From positions 1-63,982 of IMG/VR virus record IMGVR_UViG_3300027573_000001: a stretch of 63,982 bases of DNA; one strand, 5' to 3'. The DNA is from a virus. Both the position numbers and the translations under genes were made by a program. Positions 18,729 to 27,170 of the stretch are shown here, piece after piece. The stretch's first letter is position 1; the number at the start of each line of letters is the position of its first letter. Below the pieces are notes generated by a model. The model was not told where the DNA came from. It was given only the letters and a program-made list of their open reading frames with translations, and did not search any database.

Positions 18729-19343
18729 CTACGGCAACATGGGCTCGATGTCTCGAATCTTAGCAATACGAGCAGGAGTTACAGTTGTATCAGGTAACAA
18801 CTGCACTTCCAATGGAATCATTGCCTTGTTATCAGCAGTAAAGTCAAGTGTAGGACTACCCATAACCTGACCCTTCCAGCCGATAACTCTAACAGCTTCA
18901 TCATCACCGTTATGCTGAATGTCGAAGCCTAAGCTAATGTAGTTTTCAGCAATAGTAGAATTCAAGTCCCAATCACTATGGCCGCGAGTACCTACACCAG
19001 CGGCCACCGTAGTAATAGCTCCCTGACCAGTAGCATCAAGGATATTTGTCGGGCTAAACTCAGCTAAGTTTGTGCTCATACGCACATCACGTCCAGTAGC
19101 AGGACGCAGGACAGGGTCAAGCTCTTGATCTACTCTAATCTCTGCCCTATCTACGCTTGACGTGAAGTGCAGACCACCATCAACATAACCCGACTCTACC
19201 CACGGAGCAGGCATAGTACCAACAGTTCCCCATGTGGTACCATACAGAACAGTGTCAGCGGGGATAGCGTTATCGTTATCCCAATCTACAACGTATACCT
19301 TGTAGTCTCGACTAGCGAGTACCTTAGCTTGATTGAACGCCAT
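18729..19343 (-). CDS. Major tail protein (putative)
   Basis: Synteny: upstream of the chaperones and tape measure gene. Confidence 0.6.
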   Translation of the reverse strand: MAFNQAKVLASRDYKVYVVDWDNDNAIPADTVLYGTTWGTVGTMPAPWVESGYVDGGLHFTSSVDRAEIRVDQELDPVLRPATGRDVRMSTNLAEFSPTNILDATGQGAITTVAAGVGTRGHSDWDLNSTIAENYISLGFDIQHNGDDEAVRVIGWKGQVMGSPTLDFTADNKAMIPLEVQLLPDTTVTPARIAKIRDIEPMLP

Positions 19344-19369
19344 GTTTTACCCCTTAATTTAGTTGCGCG

Positions 19370-19624
19370 TTAGCGGCTAATAGTACCCGCACCCTCACCT
19401 ACACTTACAGCTTTTGTCTCAACTACAGACCCTTTACTAGCTGCCTTAGCTGCTTCTGCTTCACTACTCTTTAAAGCAGAAACAGGAGTAAAACGATGGC
19501 CTTGCTCAGTGTACCTATCAACTAACGCCTGTGCAAAATTACCAGTAGCCCCACGCCTTACCCCTTCATCATCCTCAGTCTTCTTGAAAAGGTGAGACGG
19601 ACCGTCATACCGAAACTCAGGCAT
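19370..19624 (-). CDS. Hypothetical protein
   Basis: ORF track; tight packing. Confidence 0.5.
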   Translation of the reverse strand: MPEFRYDGPSHLFKKTEDDEGVRRGATGNFAQALVDRYTEQGHRFTPVSALKSSEAEAAKAASKGSVVETKAVSVGEGAGTISR

Positions 19625-19626
19625 TA

Positions 19627-20223
19627 CTATGTCTCCAATCCTGGAAGAACTAACGCAGGCTTACGACCGTGAGCATTAATATTCCATACTAATGCAGCAG
19701 CCTTCTGTTTAGTTATTGGTTCTAATAATCCTAACGATACAGTACCAGCATCAAAGTCTGTTTCCTCAGTACCAAGCTTCTTAGCTGTCTCTGGATGACC
19801 AGTGGCAAAATCTGGTAGGGACTTTGCTAATACACCTTGTATAGCTTGGTAACGCTCTAACTCTACCTCCGTTAAGAAATTCTCTGCACCGTACCTACCA
19901 GCATGATACCAGTAGGCGTGCAAACCTTGCATCACGCCGTTAAAAGGTAATTCTATGCACATATCAGTAAAGTACATATGCTTACCTTTACAGCGTCTAC
20001 ATCGTAGTACCTCACCTAATGTGCCTTGCCGTATCAGAAAAAACTGACTTTCAAGTAGCTTTTTCTTAGCCGCCTGTTGTTCTGGACTTTCTACCCACCA
20101 CGGAATTTCTACTTCCGCTTCCTTTCCGTTAGGTAGTTGTACAGCAGTATGAACAGTTTTTCTGTCTCTAGCTTTTGATAAGTCATAAGGTACTAATATT
20201 TGTGGCTTTTGTGGGTTAAACAT
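19627..20223 (-). CDS. Hypothetical protein (CRRCKGKH Cys motif) inserted in the tail module
   Basis: ORF track; preceded by a 127-bp gap holding repeat copy D. Confidence 0.5.
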   Translation of the reverse strand: MFNPQKPQILVPYDLSKARDRKTVHTAVQLPNGKEAEVEIPWWVESPEQQAAKKKLLESQFFLIRQGTLGEVLRCRRCKGKHMYFTDMCIELPFNGVMQGLHAYWYHAGRYGAENFLTEVELERYQAIQGVLAKSLPDFATGHPETAKKLGTEETDFDAGTVSLGLLEPITKQKAAALVWNINAHGRKPALVLPGLET

Positions 20224-20240
20224 TAGCTATGCACCGATCC

Positions 20241-20313
20241 TATCTTAAGCTCATTGCACAGGGCTGGGCCTAGCGCCCGAGCGGTTAAATCCCTAACGCC
20301 GCGCTTATATTCA
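20241..20313 (+). repeat. Dispersed motif copy D (core TTGCACAGGG 20254-20263; GCGCTTATATTCAC tail)
   Basis: Read directly; plus orientation inside the minus-strand operon. Confidence 0.8.
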
Positions 20314-20350
20314 CGTTCGCGCCTGAATAGTGAGTACGAAGCCACACACA

Positions 20351-20791
20351 TTAGCTTACTGGTACGCCAGCCCACACAGCTACATATGATACCTGTGTGA
20401 ACGGGAGATTAGTAACATCAGTGTCTATTAGCTCGAATGGTCCTGACTCTAGCTCTACCCAAGCTACTCTACACTGTCCCTGTGTGAATCCGTGTACTTC
20501 GGCGCTACCCTGCCCTGGACATATGACAGGATGTACATTTAACCATAAATCATATGCTTGGTCTGGACTCGCGCCGTAGAATTCTATATCTAAACGTGAG
20601 GAGAACATACCTACTTCATACCACCGCTCTATACCAGGAGAGCCATTGATACGTATTACTATTGCCTTACCTGGAGTAGATGTCCATGACTTCCGTAGCG
20701 CACCAGCGATACGAGTAGTTTGTGCGGTGACTGTAGTTGAGGCTTCCAGTCGCTGTATAAATGCTGCTTTTATATCAGGTAAGCTAGCCAC
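20351..20791 (-). CDS. Tail terminator / tail completion protein (DUF3168-like, putative)
   Basis: N-terminus LPDIKAAFIQRLEASTTVTA resembles the family; synteny. Confidence 0.5.
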   Translation of the reverse strand: MASLPDIKAAFIQRLEASTTVTAQTTRIAGALRKSWTSTPGKAIVIRINGSPGIERWYEVGMFSSRLDIEFYGASPDQAYDLWLNVHPVICPGQGSAEVHGFTQGQCRVAWVELESGPFELIDTDVTNLPFTQVSYVAVWAGVPVS

Positions 20792-21158
20792 GTAATGCCG
20801 CCTGTAAGTACTGTGTTACTTTCGGTGCCCAAATGTCTAATGCTTCCCTAAGCTGTGGGTGATATCGGAATTCATGATATAGAGTATGTGGAGCATCGGA
20901 ACCTACGGCGAGAGTACGCTTGCCTCCTGTTACTATATGTAGTTCGGCGAACGCTTCGTCAGCCATTTGCCCCGTCCACTTGTGTAAGTTAGCATGTAAG
21001 TATTGTTCTATGTCCTGCCGCAAGTTTTCCATAGCTCGATTTATGTCGTCATTTATTGTTTTAAGTACAATACCCCCGCGCCAGGTTAGTTTGTAATTTG
21101 ACGTATTGTAAGCTACCATATTAATGCTATACCTACCACCGCTGTGGGTTTGTACCAC
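20784..21158 (-). CDS. HK97 gp10-like neck protein (putative)
   Basis: Synteny and size; true start may be internal. Confidence 0.45.
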   Translation of the reverse strand: MVQTHSGGRYSINMVAYNTSNYKLTWRGGIVLKTINDDINRAMENLRQDIEQYLHANLHKWTGQMADEAFAELHIVTGGKRTLAVGSDAPHTLYHEFRYHPQLREALDIWAPKVTQYLQAALRG

Positions 21159-21540
21159 GTAACTGTAATAAGTAGTTTGTTACTGAACCAAAGCCCATTG
21201 CTGGTTCTTTTATTTCTACATATAATGGGCCAACTTCTACTATCGTTCCATTAGAGTCTTTTATATTAGTTATTCTGTCGAATACTTTTATTGGATCGTC
21301 TTTAGAGACTAGTAAAGTAGGAGTCTGAATAGTGGTTATTGTATTGTCTCGATTGACAAGCTGTCCTTGAGATACATAGTTACATGGTACATCAACTGTT
21401 GCTGCACCCCAATCTAGTACCTCCATGTTCCAGTCGTCTTCTTCGTCTGCTGCGACGTTAGAAGCTTCTCTAGTATACTTATGATAGAGAGTACTCTCTA
21501 CTAAAGTTAGGTACCCTTGTAGTTCCTCAGACGATAGCAT
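21133..21540 (-). CDS. Head closure / head-tail adaptor protein (putative)
   Basis: Synteny only. Confidence 0.45.
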   Translation of the reverse strand: MLSSEELQGYLTLVESTLYHKYTREASNVAADEEDDWNMEVLDWGAATVDVPCNYVSQGQLVNRDNTITTIQTPTLLVSKDDPIKVFDRITNIKDSNGTIVEVGPLYVEIKEPAMGFGSVTNYLLQLRGTNPQRW

Positions 21541-21552
21541 CTTTAAGCATCC

Positions 21553-21876
21553 CTACTGCATCTTCCACGGTTTGAATATGTACAAACCAAAAGCTCCAGG
21601 CGCAGCGAACATAATAGCTAGTACCAATGAATTAAAAGGATCAGTCACAATGATCCAGTTTTCTAAGTCCTGTAACCACCCGTATACTACTACTAAAGAG
21701 GCGTATGTTATGGCTGTCATAAGCATTAGTAAGAAAGCGTACACTCTCTTCATCTCTAAGGATACTTGCTTATGTATGAGTCCTATGAGTGCTCCCAATG
21801 CTAATAATCCATAAGCTATGAAACAGAAGAATCTAAGTACAACAATAAGTACAGTTAGCCCCATATCTAAAGTCAT
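21553..21876 (-). CDS. Integral membrane protein (about 3 TM segments)
   Basis: Hydrophobic stretches LTVLIVVLRFFCFIAYGLLALGALIGL, VYAFLLMLMTAITYASLVVVYGW, LVLAIMFAAPGAFGLYIF. Confidence 0.6.
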   Translation of the reverse strand: MTLDMGLTVLIVVLRFFCFIAYGLLALGALIGLIHKQVSLEMKRVYAFLLMLMTAITYASLVVVYGWLQDLENWIIVTDPFNSLVLAIMFAAPGAFGLYIFKPWKMQ

Positions 21877-22364
21877 CCCTTGTATGCCTTTAATACTAAC
21901 TGCGCCATGTCGTATGTAGACAAAGCTTCATCTGCTATGGCTTCAAAATCAGCTTCCTGCATCTCTTCTAGTAATCTATGCTTCTCAATTATGATCTGCC
22001 TATCAATAAAGTCTGAATAACTTTTATCATCTACTACTCGTAGGCTAACTAGTGGGTACATGAGTATTACTAGTATTATCCCTAATGCTGCATGGATAGC
22101 AACACCAATTTTATATATTGGATTTACATAGTAAATATTTGGCATTAAATTCATATAGATAAACCACGCTATGTGTAAATATGTTAAGATACTAAATCCT
22201 ATAAATCCTGAAAACAGAGTCTTAACTACAGTCATCTTTCGTCTAGATGTAGCAGCATCTATTCTTGGTATGTATACTATACCTAGTATAAAATACACTA
22301 AAGCAGTACATACCTTTAGCGCAGCTAAGATTGCTTGTTGTAAATTTACACCAGTATCATCCAT
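21873..22364 (-). CDS. Integral membrane protein (about 4 TM segments)
   Basis: Several 20-aa hydrophobic segments; 4-nt overlap with the next gene. Confidence 0.6.
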   Translation of the reverse strand: MDDTGVNLQQAILAALKVCTALVYFILGIVYIPRIDAATSRRKMTVVKTLFSGFIGFSILTYLHIAWFIYMNLMPNIYYVNPIYKIGVAIHAALGIILVILMYPLVSLRVVDDKSYSDFIDRQIIIEKHRLLEEMQEADFEAIADEALSTYDMAQLVLKAYKG

Positions 22365-22475
22365 GTTCCAATCGGTCCCGTTCTGCTAATAACCACTTTA
22401 GTTTTTCTGCTCGTATAGCTTCTACAGACTCTCTGAGGCTACGAGCGGAACGTAAGGTGCTTTCAATGCTTACTT

Positions 22476-22871
22476 CTATCTGCTTGGTAATTTCTTCTGT
22501 AAGTTTTCCTGCGATTGTATGCTCAATCCCAGGATGTCCGCCATCGCCTGTAGTGATTTCGTGTTCTCCTGAGTGACTATTGTATTGTCCCTCATCATCT
22601 GGATTAATGCTAGATAAGTGGATTGCATTCCCTGTAGTCTCTGTTCGCAATCTTCTTCTGTTTTTTGTAATTGTGCTTGATGACTTTTCTCTAGATTTTC
22701 TATGCGGATTTTTATTTGTTCTCGTTCGTAGGTCAATTGTGTTTGCGTAGCAAGTAATTCCCGATCTCTGCCATTGAGCATTATCTTGAATACTAAGCCC
22801 AAAGGCGTAGTTAATGCACCTAATAAGACAGTTATTAATGCTATCTCTCCAGTAGTAAATGTTATGTCCAC
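22476..22871 (-). CDS. N-terminal TM plus coiled-coil protein; may continue by frameshift into the 22357..22560 frame
   Basis: MDITFTTGEIALITVLLGALTTPLGLVF followed by heptad-like sequence. A second frame is open to 22357 with protein-like sequence. Confidence 0.5.
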   Translation of the reverse strand: MDITFTTGEIALITVLLGALTTPLGLVFKIMLNGRDRELLATQTQLTYEREQIKIRIENLEKSHQAQLQKTEEDCEQRLQGMQSTYLALIQMMRDNTIVTQENTKSLQAMADILGLSIQSQENLQKKLPSR

Positions 22872-22884
22872 TCACGACCCATTC

Positions 22885-23463
22885 CTACACAATGTACACT
22901 GAACGAGGCGGTAGTAAGCTGCGTATTTCCGCTGATATTTCTTCGTCGCGGAACACTACTGAAATCGCCCTGTTGTCATTAATCGAGCGTACACGTTGCT
23001 GTATAGGATTCATTGAAGAATTCATTTTACTGGCTGCAAGTAGTATAGCTGCTAGCTTTACGTTAGCAGGTACATTAATGGTGTGAGTATAGGTTATTTC
23101 TATGGTATCATATGGTGATATTCCTGGGAAGCCTACGCTACTAGCTAACCTAAGTAAGCCTCTGCTAGCATCAGCTATTTCATATCCAGTACCACTTGCA
23201 AGAGTAACCCAACTTGAACCTACGTATGGTGAGCGTACCCGTACTAAGGTTACTCCAGTAATAGGCCGTCGAGATACGTATATGAAATCTCCGCGTACTA
23301 ATTTGAGTTCCGTTGCAGGGCTGGACGGATTCCATGACTTACCTGTCTGCTGATCTATCCATGCAGATGCAGCTTCAAGGTAGAATGTAGCTTGTACTAA
23401 TTGGTCGGATGTGAGCGACCTACCCATGTAGGTCGCCACATCCTGTGCTGTCGCATACGCCAT
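22885..23463 (-). CDS. Head-tail connector protein (gp6-like)
   Basis: ATAQDVATYMGRSLTSDQLVQATFYLEAASAWIDQQTG is the typical N-terminal signature. Confidence 0.7.
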   Translation of the reverse strand: MAYATAQDVATYMGRSLTSDQLVQATFYLEAASAWIDQQTGKSWNPSSPATELKLVRGDFIYVSRRPITGVTLVRVRSPYVGSSWVTLASGTGYEIADASRGLLRLASSVGFPGISPYDTIEITYTHTINVPANVKLAAILLAASKMNSSMNPIQQRVRSINDNRAISVVFRDEEISAEIRSLLPPRSVYIV

Positions 23464-23504
23464 AGTAGTTTAGTACCTTAAGTGCGTGTGCTTACTAGGG
23501 TATG

Positions 23505-24041
23505 CTACTTGTTACGCTCAGGACCGCGTACAGCCTTATCGGTAGTGGAGGCCCGATCGGCTGCCTTAGTCTCAGCGTTAACTTCTGTATCGTCAGCTTT
23601 CCGTACCTCTACTGGCGCTTCTGGAGTTAACCCTTCATCTTCCTTAGCATCTTCTGCTGCCCTATCCATCTGTAAACCTGCCTTAGCTACATCTTCATCA
23701 CTAAGAGTAGCTACTGGTGCATATGTAGGACCAAGCTTCGTGTGGCCTGACTCCATCATTGCACGGCGGTTGTTCTGTTCCATTTCAAGAGTAGCTTGTT
23801 CAGCTAACTTGTCGTGTACGGAACGCTCGTCGTACTCTTCGCCATCACCAAGAAGACCAAACTTCTTAGCATCTTCCATAGAAAGACTACCATCAGGACC
23901 AACCAACAGGAACGCTGCATCAGGACCAAGCTCTACAGTTTCAGTCTTAGCAAAATTCGTGTAAATCGGCTTACCTGTAGTGTTACGCCACATTGCAGTT
24001 CCTTTCGATGTTAAGTCTATAAGGTTAATCGTAAGTGCCAT
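23505..24041 (-). CDS. Acidic hypothetical head-module protein
   Basis: ORF track; position downstream of the capsid gene. Confidence 0.5.
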   Translation of the reverse strand: MALTINLIDLTSKGTAMWRNTTGKPIYTNFAKTETVELGPDAAFLLVGPDGSLSMEDAKKFGLLGDGEEYDERSVHDKLAEQATLEMEQNNRRAMMESGHTKLGPTYAPVATLSDEDVAKAGLQMDRAAEDAKEDEGLTPEAPVEVRKADDTEVNAETKAADRASTTDKAVRGPERNK

Positions 24042-24049
24042 TTTTACGC

Positions 24050-24274
24050 CTACGTCTGTGCCCCGATTACAGTCCAGGTCACGTTAGAAATCGTACCAGT
24101 GTTGGAATACCAAATACCAGTAAGTATATTTACTAATTGCTGTCCCTTTTCGGCTATACCTACACCAGTACCAGAAGCACCGTTAACAGGTACTCCAGAG
24201 AACGCAAAGGGCTTCATTTCCCAATGCGCTAGGCCACCAGAACCAAGTATATTTCCACCACTAATTACAGGCAT
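24050..24274 (-). CDS. Small Gly-rich head-module protein (decoration-like position)
   Basis: ORF track; position. Confidence 0.45.
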   Translation of the reverse strand: MPVISGGNILGSGGLAHWEMKPFAFSGVPVNGASGTGVGIAEKGQQLVNILTGIWYSNTGTISNVTWTVIGAQT

Positions 24275-24376
24275 GTAAAATTATCCTTTCTAAAGTACAA
24301 GGTAGTTATACGGGAGGATATAACTACCTTGTACTCTAGATACGCGCGCATAACGTGTGCTTAACTGTGGGGCTGG

Positions 24377-25639
24377 TTAAGCACCAGTTACCGTAGCAAA
24401 GGCCGAGGCACGGTAAATCTCTAAGGAGAGCCGTTCCTCGATACGAATAGCAAGTTTGTTAGCAATGAAGTAGTCAGAGTGCTGATCGCTAACATCCAGT
24501 GTTACACCCATCTTACGGGAGATGTGGGAGTAAAGCTGGAAGTCACCAAGCAGTAAGGTATTCTCTGTAGCAGCGGGAGTGCTAATTACAGGAAGTCCCC
24601 ATACACGCTCTACACCAGGATCAGCGGGCGAGCCCCAAATATACACACCGTCTGGAGTACGCAAGAGGCGTATAGTCATCCAGTCATTCGGGTGCATAAT
24701 AACACCGCTAGGCTCAGCGAATCCTGTACCTGCTACTGTACCACGAACCTTCGTCATAGCCTTGAAGATTGCATCAGGTACAGGATCGGCACCTACAGCC
24801 TGAGTCTGAATACCAGCCTTGTTGTAGAAACCAGTCAGGTCAGGAGTAGTACCGCTACCATTAAGAAGCTGATCTTCCTCAGCTAATGCAAGCATTGTAC
24901 GCATACGGTTTTCGATCAATGCTTGAAGCTGTGCTACATCGTCAAGCTGCTGACGAGTAACAGGAATCCACGTAGCAATTACCTCAACAGGTACGGTGCG
25001 CTGCGTGTATGCTAACGCGGATTCTGGCTTAGCCGCACCCTCAGCTACAGTATCGGCTGCGTTAGTAAACGTCGTCTCTTCCATGTAGACAACTGACGGC
25101 TGGTCAATGTTGTCCTGTGGAACTAAGTCTGCTACTACAGGCCGACGTAGTGCATAAGGTACAAGTAATCCACTACGGGTACTTTCAGGCGGAAAGCCAG
25201 CAGTACTCGTCATAAGAGTCTTAGCAGTAAGATCAACCTCTGGAATTTCAAATGCGAACCGAGGCTTTGCAGCACCCTTATTCGTTAAGTAAGTCTGGTT
25301 AGTAGCAATAGCCTTAGCAATGCTAAAGTTCTTTGGTCCTCTTATCCCATAGCCTTCGTCGTCATCATCTTTAGTAGCTTTACCAGACGGCAGCGGTACA
25401 GGGGAATGCTCACGCTGTACCTGGTCACGAATACCACTCAATTCACGCATGGTTTCGTAACGCTTCATACCAGCCTGTAAGTCAAGATTCCTCTTACCAA
25501 TATCCTCTGCTACTTCATCTGACATATTCATGTCAGGGTGCTTCTCAAAGATACCATGAAGCTCTTGGCGCTTTTCGGCGAGAGCCTCACCGATCTCAGC
25601 CATATTAAGGCTTTCCCAAGTAACGGTGTCCGTAGCCAT
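24377..25639 (-). CDS. Major capsid protein, HK97 fold
   Basis: Helical delta region, then IMHPNDWMTIRL...GVYIWGSP...VWGLPVISTPA...LLGDF. Confidence 0.85.
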   Translation of the reverse strand: MATDTVTWESLNMAEIGEALAEKRQELHGIFEKHPDMNMSDEVAEDIGKRNLDLQAGMKRYETMRELSGIRDQVQREHSPVPLPSGKATKDDDDEGYGIRGPKNFSIAKAIATNQTYLTNKGAAKPRFAFEIPEVDLTAKTLMTSTAGFPPESTRSGLLVPYALRRPVVADLVPQDNIDQPSVVYMEETTFTNAADTVAEGAAKPESALAYTQRTVPVEVIATWIPVTRQQLDDVAQLQALIENRMRTMLALAEEDQLLNGSGTTPDLTGFYNKAGIQTQAVGADPVPDAIFKAMTKVRGTVAGTGFAEPSGVIMHPNDWMTIRLLRTPDGVYIWGSPADPGVERVWGLPVISTPAATENTLLLGDFQLYSHISRKMGVTLDVSDQHSDYFIANKLAIRIEERLSLEIYRASAFATVTGA

Positions 25640-26799
25640 TATACTAATACTCCGTTTAATTGCGCTTCAAGCTTAAGGAAATCTATGTAGGCTTGCTTTC
25701 CAGCACTAGCAGCCTTGCCGTCAGTGTCAGAATCACTAGGTGCAGTTTCATCTAGAAGTGCTCGTATTTCAGTTACAGCAGCTTCTAGGTTTGTAGCTAC
25801 ACCTGACATACGTTCACGGCGTGCGCTGGAAATTGGCCTACCCTCTTTACGCCTGCTATCGGACACCGATTTGGAGCGGCGTATGTATTCAGACGCCATA
25901 ACACATAGCGTATCTGCATGAGCAGCATAGGTCATAGTTTGTGTCTGCCCTGTAGCCACAGTAACAGGTACAAACTCAGTGTGCGGTTCTACTTGCTTAG
26001 GATCACCTAGCAGTAGTTCTCCAGAATCATTCCGCGAGTACGATACCTCCCAATAGGATTCCTCTTCGTCATCCCATCGCCACATCATAGCGACAAAATG
26101 ATCGTCGAATGTAGCTACTACATAACTGTAGCCACCGTACATTTCATCAGTAAACTGTCTATCGCGGAAGGCTGTATTTAATTCATCTTTTAGTTCCTCA
26201 TAGGAACCGTCTACTTTTCCATCCAAAAACTTAAGTACATTAGTATCAATGTTATTATTGCTGCTATCAATGTCTGAATGAATGGTGATCGTAGACGTGT
26301 TAGCAGCTTCATTTATTGTAACCTTATGATCGGCACTTCTCGTTTTAACTTCTAAAGTGCCTGTTTCTCGATTAGCCCCCACTAGTACGGGACTAACTTC
26401 AAACTCTTCTGTAGATGTAATAAAGTTAACTGCCCGTCCGTCTTGCTCACCCTTTTCCTGCTTTAGTACACGAAAGCCCCATGAGTACTCTTGAAGATCA
26501 CCCATGCCTTTAACAGTCTCATAGGCATCTTTACCCCAAGAAGTATTTAAAAAGAAATTACCTTCAAATATAGCTTGTTTGCCATCGTTTTTGATAGTAC
26601 CTTTACCAATTGGCCTAGACCAGTCATGTGACCATACTAACGGTATTTGCTTACCATTTTTAATAGCCTCCGACTTGATGACATCACCATCACTATCTAT
26701 AACATCAAAGACGGAGAATACTGCTTTTAAAGTACCTTCATCTGTAAGTTCTTCTGCTTTAAATTGGTACTTCTTTAGTCTAGTATCTGTAGTTGTCAT
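25639..26799 (-). CDS. Prohead protease (HK97/S78 type) with long C-terminal scaffold-like extension
   Basis: FSVFDVIDSDGDVI...VWSHDWSRPIGKG...EYSWGF. Confidence 0.8.
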   Translation of the reverse strand: MTTTDTRLKKYQFKAEELTDEGTLKAVFSVFDVIDSDGDVIKSEAIKNGKQIPLVWSHDWSRPIGKGTIKNDGKQAIFEGNFFLNTSWGKDAYETVKGMGDLQEYSWGFRVLKQEKGEQDGRAVNFITSTEEFEVSPVLVGANRETGTLEVKTRSADHKVTINEAANTSTITIHSDIDSSNNNIDTNVLKFLDGKVDGSYEELKDELNTAFRDRQFTDEMYGGYSYVVATFDDHFVAMMWRWDDEEESYWEVSYSRNDSGELLLGDPKQVEPHTEFVPVTVATGQTQTMTYAAHADTLCVMASEYIRRSKSVSDSRRKEGRPISSARRERMSGVATNLEAAVTEIRALLDETAPSDSDTDGKAASAGKQAYIDFLKLEAQLNGVLV

Positions 26800-26813
26800 T
26801 ATTCATATAATCC

Positions 26814-27170
26814 TTACGGAGCAAAAGCTATGTCGCCTTTACCTACAGTTGTTTCTATTCCATTCGCCTCTTCTACATGTACCCTACAACGATACGTAGT
26901 TTTAATAGTTATAGGATCAGTGTCTTCTGGATTTATAGCTACTATTACTACACCGTCTTCTGAGGTACCTTCTAAAGCTATACCAGCACCTAGAGACTTT
27001 CCTATACTCTGTACAGGAGCAGCAGCATCAGGTAAAGCTAATGTAGCACTAAATGTAACTGTAGCTCCAGTTAAGTCTACTGGCGTAGATACGCCATTTA
27101 CTGTACGTACTATTGGTACACGTATGAATACTGTATCACCACGTACTAAGTCAAAATAAAAATCAGACAC
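26814..27170 (-). CDS. Ig-like (BppU-type) domain small protein, putative
   Basis: FDLVRGDTVFIRV...PVDLTGATVTF pattern. Confidence 0.45.
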   Translation of the reverse strand: MSDFYFDLVRGDTVFIRVPIVRTVNGVSTPVDLTGATVTFSATLALPDAAAPVQSIGKSLGAGIALEGTSEDGVVIVAINPEDTDPITIKTTYRCRVHVEEANGIETTVGKGDIAFAP

